Part shown: piece after piece, positions 39,564 to 46,853 of the stretch
How the letters are laid out: every line of letters begins with the position of its first letter
Numbering within the stretch: position 1 is the first letter of the stretch
DNA from: Hylemonella sp.
Lineage (GTDB): Bacteria; Pseudomonadota; Gammaproteobacteria; Burkholderiales; Burkholderiaceae_C
Assembly (NCBI GenBank): GCA_031427355.1
Contig: JANPNG010000213.1
Span: 1 to 46,853, forward strand
Direction of reading: 5' to 3'
DNA length: 46,853 nucleotides
Made by a program: the position numbers and the translations under genes
Notes under the pieces: generated by a model
Database searches by the model: none
Told to the model about the DNA's origin: nothing
Seen by the model: the letters and a program-made list of their open reading frames with translations, nothing else

Positions 39564-40169
39564 ATGAAGACCGCTCCCATCATCCTGGACATCGAGGCTT
39601 CCGGCTTTGGCCGCAGCGGCTACCCCATCGAGGTGGGTTACGCCCTGCCCGATGGTCAGACATGGTGTTCGCTGATCCGGCCCGAGCCCGATTGGACGCA
39701 CTGGGACAGCAGCGCCGAAGTGGTGCACCATATTTCGCAAGACCTGCTGGTGAGCCGGGGCCGCTATGTGAGGGAAGTGGCCAGCCTGCTCAACCAAAAC
39801 CTCGGCGGGCAAACCGCCTACTCCGATGGCTGGGGCCATGACTACAGTTGGCTAGGCCGGCTGTTTGATGCGGCCAACATGACGCCCAATTTCAAACTTG
39901 AAAATCTGCGCGCTTTGTTGAACGAAGAAGAGGCTGACCTCTGGCATATCATCAAAGACAAAGTGGTGCAAGACAGAGGCCAGCAGCGACATCGTGCCAG
40001 CGCGGATGCCCGCCTGCTGCAACTCACCTGGCAGCGTTTGAAAGAAGGCGACAGAAAGATTGGCGAAAGCGTCGAGAAAAAGCTCAGGCTATCGATCGTT
40101 TCAAGCGGATTTCTTCCAGCCGAAAACCATTCACATCCGCCGTTCGGGCCGATGGCAGTTCACGCTTGA
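39564..40169 (+). CDS. DEDDh-type 3'-5' exonuclease domain protein
   Basis: 201 aa with ILDIEASG (Exo I D-x-E), YSDGWGHD (Exo II) and HRASADA (Exo III H-x4-D). The last ~28 codons overlap the convergent GNAT gene. Confidence 0.7.
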   Translation: MKTAPIILDIEASGFGRSGYPIEVGYALPDGQTWCSLIRPEPDWTHWDSSAEVVHHISQDLLVSRGRYVREVASLLNQNLGGQTAYSDGWGHDYSWLGRLFDAANMTPNFKLENLRALLNEEEADLWHIIKDKVVQDRGQQRHRASADARLLQLTWQRLKEGDRKIGESVEKKLRLSIVSSGFLPAENHSHPPFGPMAVHA

Positions 40170-40602
40170 AGCCGGCCAAGTCATGAAAGCGCAAAGCGCG
40201 CTCGTTGCCCAAAGGCAGCCAGATCGTGACCTGGGTGCAACCCTCGTCTTGCAAACCCTCACGCGCGGCGTCCCACAGAGCCAAGCCTGCGCCGGTGCCC
40301 CGGTGTGAGGGCATCACCATGATGGACCAGATCTCACCCACCGTGGGTTTGGTGCCCGTGTCACGCGAGCGGTCGAAACCCACAAAGCCAATGGTCGTGT
40401 CGCCGTCTAGCGCTAACAACACCTGCGGCTCACCGTATTCGATGGCATCACGCCAGAAGGCCAAGCCTTCGATCTTGTCTTGCGGTTTGAAGAACTCCTG
40501 CGGGACCAAGTCTTTGTAAATCTCGTCGCTGATGCGGGCATGCAAGTCCGCAACAGTCTTGGCGTCTTTAGCGATGGCGGGTCGTATCGTGTAACTGGGC
40601 AT
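40084..40602 (-). CDS. GNAT-family N-acetyltransferase
   Basis: 172 aa with an acetyl-CoA binding motif region (VMPSHRGTGAGLALWDAA) typical of GNAT motif A. Confidence 0.82.
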   Translation of the reverse strand: MPSYTIRPAIAKDAKTVADLHARISDEIYKDLVPQEFFKPQDKIEGLAFWRDAIEYGEPQVLLALDGDTTIGFVGFDRSRDTGTKPTVGEIWSIMVMPSHRGTGAGLALWDAAREGLQDEGCTQVTIWLPLGNERALRFHDLAGFKRELPSARTADVNGFRLEEIRLKRSIA

Positions 40603-40673
40603 GTGGGTGTTGTGTTAAAAAATCAGATCGATGGACCTGCAAGGGGCAGGACTTTAGCTTATTTCGTCGGACC

Positions 40674-41645
40674 TCATTCCGCTTTCACGTCCGCATCCTT
40701 GACCAGCTTGACCCAAAACTTGGCGTCCTCGGTCAAGAAGGTCGCAAACTGCTCGGGCGATGTGGAGAGCGACACCTCCGTGCCCTCACGCGCCAACGCG
40801 GCTTTGACCTGCGGCTGCTGTAGCGCAACCGTGGCGGCATCAAAAATCTTCTTGATGATGGCGGGTGACGTGCCTGTAGGCACAAAAAATCCATACCAAA
40901 ACTCAATTGCGTAATCGGGCAGGCCCGCCTCGGCCATACCGGGCAAATCAGGCACCAGGGTCGAGCGCTCGCGCTTGCTCACTGCCAGGCCTTTTAAGCG
41001 CCCAGCCAGCACCATGGGCAGCACCGAGGGCGGTGTACCAAAGGTCACTTGTGTGTCACCCGCCACCACCGACTGAATGGCCGGGCCACCGCCACGAAAC
41101 GGGATGTGCACCATCTGAATCCGCGCCACCTGGCTGAACAGCGCCGCGCCCAAGTGCGGGGCCGAGCCGTTGCCCGATGTGGCGTAGTTGAGAGAACCAG
41201 GTGCTTTTTTCGACTTGGCAATCAGGTCCGCCACCGAGTTGATGCCGCTGCCAGGATGCGCCGCAATGACCAGCGGCGAACTGGTGACTTTGGTGATGGG
41301 CGCGAGGTCGCGCGCCGAGTAGCTGAGCTTGGCGTTGAGCGCCGGGTTGACCGAGATGGCGGCGGGGCTGGCGATGAGCACCGTGTAACCATCCGGTGCG
41401 GCCTTGGCCACAAATTCAGCCGCGATGCTGGAGCCCGCCCCCGCGCGGTTCTCGATCACGATGGGTTGGCCCAGTGCGCGACCCAGTGCATCGCCCACCG
41501 TGCGCGCAACGTAATCCGCCGCGCCGCCGGACGCAAAGCCGACCAGCAGCTTGATGGGTTTGTTGGGATAGGCCGTGGTTTGGGTCTGGGCGGTCACGCC
41601 CATGCTGCCGAGCAGCATCGCCGTGAGAATCGACAAGGTTTTCAT
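40674..41645 (-). CDS. Bug-family (TctC-like) tripartite tricarboxylate transporter substrate-binding protein
   Basis: 323 aa with a signal peptide, then YPNKPIKLLVGFASGGAADYVAR and GSLNYATSGNGSAPHL, the Bug-family signatures. ATGA overlap with the upstream gene. Confidence 0.9.
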   Translation of the reverse strand: MKTLSILTAMLLGSMGVTAQTQTTAYPNKPIKLLVGFASGGAADYVARTVGDALGRALGQPIVIENRAGAGSSIAAEFVAKAAPDGYTVLIASPAAISVNPALNAKLSYSARDLAPITKVTSSPLVIAAHPGSGINSVADLIAKSKKAPGSLNYATSGNGSAPHLGAALFSQVARIQMVHIPFRGGGPAIQSVVAGDTQVTFGTPPSVLPMVLAGRLKGLAVSKRERSTLVPDLPGMAEAGLPDYAIEFWYGFFVPTGTSPAIIKKIFDAATVALQQPQVKAALAREGTEVSLSTSPEQFATFLTEDAKFWVKLVKDADVKAE

Positions 41646-42622
41646 TCAAACCCCATCAACACAATTTTCCCAAGGTGCTGATTGCTCTCCATCATCGCCT
41701 TGGCCTGCGCCAGATCAGCAAACGCAAACACCTTGTCCACCACAGGTTTGATACGGCCATTGGCCAACAGCGGCAGGATGTGGCTCTTGAAGCCGGGCAC
41801 GCCGGAGGATTTTTGCTCCGCGCTGCGCAACTTGTTGGACACGCCAAACAAGGTCAATCGCTTGGCATGCAGCAGCTCAATGTCCATCGCGCCCTGGAGC
41901 ACGCCGTCCACATAGCCCACCGTGGCCAGCCGCCCCTCAAACGCCATGCTGCGCACGCACTCGGCAAAGACCGAGCCGCCCACCGTGTTGACGACCAGAT
42001 CCACACCCTTGTCTTCGGTGGTCTGCATCACCGCGTCATGAAAATCGGCGATGCGGGTGCACAAGCCCACGTCCAGGCCCAAGGCGTCGAGCCGCGCCAG
42101 TTTGGCAGCGGAACCCGAAGTGCCAATCACCTTGGCCCCCAGCGCCTTGGCCATCAACATCGAAGCTACGCCCACGCCCGACGATGCGCCCGCCACCAGC
42201 ACCCATTCGTCGGCCTTGAGTCGGCCCTGCATGACCAGCATGTCGTACACCACCAGGAAGGTCAGCGGGATGCTGGCCGCCTCTTCCCACGACAGGTTGG
42301 CAGGCACGGCTATCACTTCGCGCGCGTCAATCAGCGCGTACTCGGCAAACGCGCCGGGGCAGCGGCCCATCACCCGTTCGCCCACTGTGAGGCCCGTGAC
42401 TTCAGCGCCAAAGCTCACCACCTCGCCCGCAGCCTCCATGCCAATCGGCTTGGCTGCTGCGCCGCTGCCGTGCAGGCCGTGGCCCGCAATCAACTCACCG
42501 CGGTTCAGACCCGCAGCGCGCACGCGCACCAGCACCTGGCGTGGGCCGGGCGCAGGCTGCACCACATCGCGCAGCTCCAGCGTGGAGTGGTGGTCGTCCA
42601 TCTTCAGCCAATACGATTTCAT
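41642..42622 (-). CDS. Zinc-type alcohol dehydrogenase / NADPH:quinone oxidoreductase (MDR family)
   Basis: 326 aa with a GroES-like N-terminal domain and the Rossmann motif VLVAGASSGVGVASMLMAKALGAKV. Confidence 0.85.
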   Translation of the reverse strand: MKSYWLKMDDHHSTLELRDVVQPAPGPRQVLVRVRAAGLNRGELIAGHGLHGSGAAAKPIGMEAAGEVVSFGAEVTGLTVGERVMGRCPGAFAEYALIDAREVIAVPANLSWEEAASIPLTFLVVYDMLVMQGRLKADEWVLVAGASSGVGVASMLMAKALGAKVIGTSGSAAKLARLDALGLDVGLCTRIADFHDAVMQTTEDKGVDLVVNTVGGSVFAECVRSMAFEGRLATVGYVDGVLQGAMDIELLHAKRLTLFGVSNKLRSAEQKSSGVPGFKSHILPLLANGRIKPVVDKVFAFADLAQAKAMMESNQHLGKIVLMGFE

Positions 42623-42654
42623 GGTGGTTCCTTGTGTTTGCGTGAAGAGTGGGT

Positions 42655-43464
42655 TTATTTGCCGATAAACACCGGCTTGCGTTTTTCCATAAAGGCTTTG
42701 CGGCCTTCGGCGTAGTCTTCGCTCTCAAAGCAGGCTTTGATGAGTTGCTGGCACAAGGCCGCATCCAATTCAGGCGAGGGCTTCAAAATTTCAGCGGTGA
42801 TGGCTTTGCCTGCATACACGGTGAGTGGTGCGTTGGCGGCCAGGGCTGACGTGTACTCGGCCAGCAATGCGGGTAGCTCTTCAGGCCCGCAAACCCGCGA
42901 AACCAGACCCAAAAACTTAGCCTCGTTCGCATCAATCTTGCGTGCGGTAAAAAATAAATCCTTCGCGGCACCCGGCCCGATCAAATCAACCAGGTTCTTC
43001 ATGGCCGAGTAGCGGTAACCCAGCCCTAAGCGCGCCGCAGGAATGGAGAACACCGAGTCAGCGGCCGCAATGCGGATGTCGCAACTGATGGCCACGTTCA
43101 CGCCACCGCCGATGCAAAAACCACGAATGCTGGCCAGTGTCGGCTTCTTGCAGTTGTAAATTGCCATGAGTGCGTTTTCGGCCATGGCTTCGTAGCGAGC
43201 CACGGCGGCCTGGGCGGCGCGTTGGTCTTCAAACTGCGAGATGTCGGCGCCCGAGACAAAAGCTTTTTCGCCCGCGCCGGAGAACACCACCAGACGAATC
43301 GCCGCGTCGTTTTCGGCCTGCGCCAGGAGAGGCGGAACGGCCTCCCACATATCGACCGACAAAGCGTTGTGGCGTCCCGGATTGTTGAAGCGGATGTGCA
43401 GCGTGCTGCCCTCGATCCAGGTCTGGACGCGCTCGGTGGGAGATGAATAAACGAGGGAAGACAT
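42655..43464 (-). CDS. Enoyl-CoA hydratase/isomerase (crotonase) family protein
   Basis: Crotonase fold motifs are present (VVFSGAGEKAFVSGADI, IASIRGFCIGGG). ATG at 43464 overlaps the upstream stop by 1 nt (TGATG). Confidence 0.88.
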   Translation of the reverse strand: MSSLVYSSPTERVQTWIEGSTLHIRFNNPGRHNALSVDMWEAVPPLLAQAENDAAIRLVVFSGAGEKAFVSGADISQFEDQRAAQAAVARYEAMAENALMAIYNCKKPTLASIRGFCIGGGVNVAISCDIRIAAADSVFSIPAARLGLGYRYSAMKNLVDLIGPGAAKDLFFTARKIDANEAKFLGLVSRVCGPEELPALLAEYTSALAANAPLTVYAGKAITAEILKPSPELDAALCQQLIKACFESEDYAEGRKAFMEKRKPVFIGK

Positions 43465-44654
43465 CAAAAAACTCCGGTTGATTTCATACGCGCCATGTCG
43501 GCGGCGCTTAGGCCCAGTTCGGCCAAAATTTCTTCGCTGTGCTCACCCCGGCGCGGCGCGGCGCGGGCGATGGTGCTGGGCGTGCGCTCCAACTGCACCG
43601 GCTGGCCCACCAGGCGTTGCGGTCCTTGATGTTTGGACACGATGTTGTGCACCATGCCCAGATGCTGCACCTGTGGCTCGGCAAACACCTCGGCCATGTT
43701 GTTAATCAGGCCGCAGGCCACGCCACCCGCATTCAGGCGCTCGATCCAGTAGCTTCGGTCTTGTGCGGCCAGCCGCCGGTTGATCTCGGCGTTGAGCGTG
43801 TCGCGGTTGACTGAGCGGCCCTGCTTGTCGTGGTAACGCGCATCGCTCACCCACTCGGGCGCACCCAGGATGTCGCAAAAGCGCTCCCAGATCTTGGAGC
43901 CGAACACCGCAATGTTCATGTAGCCATCGCGTGCCTTGTATACGCCGGTGGGAATGCTGGTGGGGTGGAAGTTGCCCGCCTGCGTGGCCACGTCGCCGTC
44001 GATCAACCAGCGCGAGGTCTGAAAGTCCATCATGTAAACCATCGATTCAAGCAGCGAGGTGTGCAGCCACTGGCCCTTGCCCGAAGCCTCACGCTCCAGC
44101 AGCGCCACCAAGATGCCCTGCGCGGCAAAGATGCCCGCGCACAAATCGGCAATCGGAATGCCCACCCGCATCGGCCCCTGCTCGGCCAGGCCGGTGACCG
44201 ACATCAGCCCGCCCATACCCTGCGCAATCTGGTCGAAGCCGGGGCGCTGGGCCAAAGGCCCGGTCTGACCAAAGCCGGAGATGCTGGCGTAAACCAGACG
44301 CGGATGATCTTTGCTCAGCGTCTCGTAATCAATACCGAGGCGAAACTTCACATCAGGCCGAAAGTTCTCCACCACCACATCCGCGCCCGCAATCAGGCGT
44401 TTGAGCACGGCAATGCCCTCGGGCTCTTTGAGGTTGAGTGTGATGGAGCGTTTGTTGCGATGCGTGTACTGGTAGTCCGATCCGTCTTGCCCGCCCAGCG
44501 TGTCGTCACCGCGCATGTGTTCGGGCATTTGCACCTGAATCACATCCGCGCCCCAGTCGGCCAACTGGCGGCAGGCGGTGGGGCCAGCGCGCACCTGGGT
44601 CAGGTCAATCACGCGAAATCGGGCGAGTGCCGAAGAAGCAGCCAAGTGCGGCAT
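43464..44654 (-). CDS. Family III CoA-transferase (CaiB/BaiF type)
   Basis: 396 aa with RVIDLTQVRAGPTACRQLADWGADVIQV and VENFRPDV motifs characteristic of class III CoA-transferases. Confidence 0.9.
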   Translation of the reverse strand: MPHLAASSALARFRVIDLTQVRAGPTACRQLADWGADVIQVQMPEHMRGDDTLGGQDGSDYQYTHRNKRSITLNLKEPEGIAVLKRLIAGADVVVENFRPDVKFRLGIDYETLSKDHPRLVYASISGFGQTGPLAQRPGFDQIAQGMGGLMSVTGLAEQGPMRVGIPIADLCAGIFAAQGILVALLEREASGKGQWLHTSLLESMVYMMDFQTSRWLIDGDVATQAGNFHPTSIPTGVYKARDGYMNIAVFGSKIWERFCDILGAPEWVSDARYHDKQGRSVNRDTLNAEINRRLAAQDRSYWIERLNAGGVACGLINNMAEVFAEPQVQHLGMVHNIVSKHQGPQRLVGQPVQLERTPSTIARAAPRRGEHSEEILAELGLSAADMARMKSTGVF

Positions 44655-44767
44655 AACGATAGAGTCCTTACGGTGGGCAACTGAACAAGCGTTGAATCAC
44701 GAATCATAAAGGGCCTAGGTGAAGATGCGTCTGATACCATTTCCTCTCCATTCCAGGTGCAGACACT

Positions 44768-46846
44768 ATGCCGAACGAAAGCTCGCTCCAATCACTGTCG
44801 AAGCTGATCGAGGATCTGCGCAGCTACCAGGTTGACCTCAAAGCCCAAAATGCGGCCCTGCACTACAGCCGAATGGCCGCTGAAGGTGCGTCGGAACGCT
44901 TTGAATCCCTCTTCTCCAACGTGCCGCTGGCCTTGATGGTGGTGGATGAGGTGGGCATGGTGATCCAAAGCAATGCAATGGCACTGCGTTTGTTCCGCCC
45001 CTCAGAGCAAGACCCCGCGCTGAACTTCCTTCTGCCGCTGGTCAGGTCTAGCCACACCGAAGCCGTCGAGCGGGCGCTGGAGATAGTCAAGCGCGATGGC
45101 CAGAGCAACGCCAGCGAAATTATTTTTTCCAGGAGCTCCCAAGGAGGGTTCACGGGAGATCTGCACATGGCGCGCATACGCTACGCCAAAAATGACCAGG
45201 CCCATTTCATCTGCGCCATCATTGACCAAGGCCCCTTGCTGTCCGAGCGCCGCGCCCTCAACGAGCGGCGGCGCGCCTTGCAAGAAAGTGCGACCGCCCT
45301 GCAACAGCGCAATGAAGAGTTGCGTCTGAGCGAAAACCGGCTGGCCACCATCATCAATTCATCGCTCGACGCCATCATCTGCGTGGACAACGATTTGCTG
45401 ATCCGGGTGTTCAACCCAGCAGCGGCCATCCTGTTTCAGTGCCCAGCCGATCAGGCCTTGCACACCCCGCTGGAGCGCTTCTTGCCCGAAATCACAAGCG
45501 CCATGGCCACCATGCAAGTGGTTAAGCACGCCATGCTGGGCGAGGTTGTGGGTCAAACCTTCGATGGAAAAGCACTGGCCCTGGAGGCCAGTGTCACCAG
45601 CGAGCATCATCCCCAGGGCAACATCACCACCATTTTTGCGCGTGACCTCACGGCCAAAAAACAAGTGGAGGCGCACCGCAACATCCTGGAAACTCAACTG
45701 CGCGAGTCACAAAAAATGCAGGCCATCGGCACCATGGCGGGGGGTATCGCGCATGACTTCAACAACATCATTAGCGCTATTTTGGGCAATGTGACCCTGG
45801 CCCAACAAGACACACCGGTCGATGCGCCCGCCCTGATTAGCCTGATGGAGATCGACCGAGCCGCACGCAGAGCCCGCGATCTGGTCCGCCAAATTCTTAC
45901 CTTCAGCCGCAATGAGGTGCCCAAACGCAGCCCGATTCAAATCGCTGATGTGGTCGAGGAAACCGCACGCTTGCTCAAGGTCACCTTACCCCCTGCGGTG
46001 GCGCTGGTGATTCATCTCAAACCAACACCTCTGGTGCTGGCGGATGCCACCCAAATCGAGCAGGCTGTGCTCAACCTGTGCACCAACGCCATTCACGCCT
46101 GTGGCACCCACAAGGGCACGGTCAGCGTTCTGCTGGATGCCTGCCACCCGCCTGCGCACGAATGTGAGCGGCTGGGCATTTCACCCGGCTCGTACGTCAC
46201 GGTCTCAGTGCATGACACTGGCAGCGGCATGAGCGCTCAAAGGTTGGAGCGAATTTTCGAACCCTTCTTCACCACCAAGCCCGTGGGACAGGGCACAGGG
46301 CTGGGTTTGTCGGTGGTGCACGGCATCATGCAAAGCCACCAAGGCTGCGTGAGCGTCACCAGCACGCCCGACGTGGGCAGCCAGTTCACTTTGTATTTTC
46401 CGGTCACCTACCTGCAATTACCGCAAACGCCACCCGCAGCAGCCGAGACCAATGCGCTCTCGGGCCGAGGTAAACACGTCTTGTACGTGGACGATGACTC
46501 GGCTCTGGTGTTTCTGGTGGAACGCTCGCTCAAACGCAAGGGCTACACCGTCAGCACATTTACCGATCCCCATCTGGCGGCCACGGCCTTGCAAGATCGC
46601 GCCCAAGACTTTGACCTGCTGGTGACCGACTACAACATGCCCGGCTACAGCGGGGTGGAGTTGCTGCGCATGGCCCGCATCGCTCGGCCCGATCTGCCGG
46701 TGGCCTTGGCCTCGGGCTACATCACCCAGGAGATTGAAGACAGCGCCCTGGCCGAAGGCGCGCGCGCGCTCATCCACAAACCCAACGACATCGAAGAACT
46801 GTGCGCCACCGTGCAGCGCCTGCTGCAAGATGGCCCTCCGCATTGA
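44768..46846 (+). CDS. Cytoplasmic hybrid sensor histidine kinase / response regulator with PAS domains
   Basis: 692 aa with no predicted transmembrane segment. N-terminal coiled coil, two PAS-like regions, H-box GIAHDFNNIISAILGN, HATPase G-boxes (HDTGSGM, GQGTGLGLS) and a C-terminal receiver (VLYVDDD...DLLVTDYNMPGYSG...K). Confidence 0.9.
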   Translation: MPNESSLQSLSKLIEDLRSYQVDLKAQNAALHYSRMAAEGASERFESLFSNVPLALMVVDEVGMVIQSNAMALRLFRPSEQDPALNFLLPLVRSSHTEAVERALEIVKRDGQSNASEIIFSRSSQGGFTGDLHMARIRYAKNDQAHFICAIIDQGPLLSERRALNERRRALQESATALQQRNEELRLSENRLATIINSSLDAIICVDNDLLIRVFNPAAAILFQCPADQALHTPLERFLPEITSAMATMQVVKHAMLGEVVGQTFDGKALALEASVTSEHHPQGNITTIFARDLTAKKQVEAHRNILETQLRESQKMQAIGTMAGGIAHDFNNIISAILGNVTLAQQDTPVDAPALISLMEIDRAARRARDLVRQILTFSRNEVPKRSPIQIADVVEETARLLKVTLPPAVALVIHLKPTPLVLADATQIEQAVLNLCTNAIHACGTHKGTVSVLLDACHPPAHECERLGISPGSYVTVSVHDTGSGMSAQRLERIFEPFFTTKPVGQGTGLGLSVVHGIMQSHQGCVSVTSTPDVGSQFTLYFPVTYLQLPQTPPAAAETNALSGRGKHVLYVDDDSALVFLVERSLKRKGYTVSTFTDPHLAATALQDRAQDFDLLVTDYNMPGYSGVELLRMARIARPDLPVALASGYITQEIEDSALAEGARALIHKPNDIEELCATVQRLLQDGPPH

Positions 46847-46853
46847 CACCGCC

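Overview
High-GC betaproteobacterial chromosome segment. The Bug/TctC gene, gene order and protein sequences suggest Burkholderiales, probably Comamonadaceae (inference only). About 40 genes are tightly packed and I see no large unassigned gap. The left 19 kb is the conserved minus-strand housekeeping block: carB(partial)-carA, TrmH-family methyltransferase, rnhB, lpxB-lpxA-fabZ-lpxD-skp-bamA-rseP-dxr-cdsA-uppS-frr-pyrH-tsf-rpsB. Next come an amidase, a DadA-like oxidoreductase, nnr, an SDR, rnr, tRNA-Leu(CAG), rimO, phaR, tRNA-Val(GAC), an SDR, a periplasmic ggt plus phytochelatin-synthase-like pair, and dnaG-rpoD. After those are a NIPSNAP protein, an MFS transporter, a Nudix hydrolase, a DEDDh exonuclease and a GNAT. 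The window ends with a four-gene CoA-transferase/hydratase/quinone-oxidoreductase/Bug operon and a cytoplasmic hybrid histidine kinase. I found no IS element, integrase, prophage, CRISPR array or recognisable defence or toxin system. The most unusual signal is not a gene. It is a degenerate AT-rich motif of about 42 nt, GCTAYA-(A/T run)-ATAGCT-N5-CGCA-(A/T)-GG, present in at least six copies. All copies lie in the same orientation on the + strand. Four sit in frame inside housekeeping ORFs on both strands (TrmH-like, lpxB, nnr, dnaG), where they form rare-codon islands. Two abut stop codons. Its function is unknown; I give alternatives and tests. Smaller oddities: an MFS gene whose central segment reads better in another frame, next to a G7 homopolymer. 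A tandem 12-mer giving three in-frame stops at the Nudix 3' end. An 86-bp convergent gene overlap. No well-placed canonical start codon for RNase R. A REP-like palindrome.
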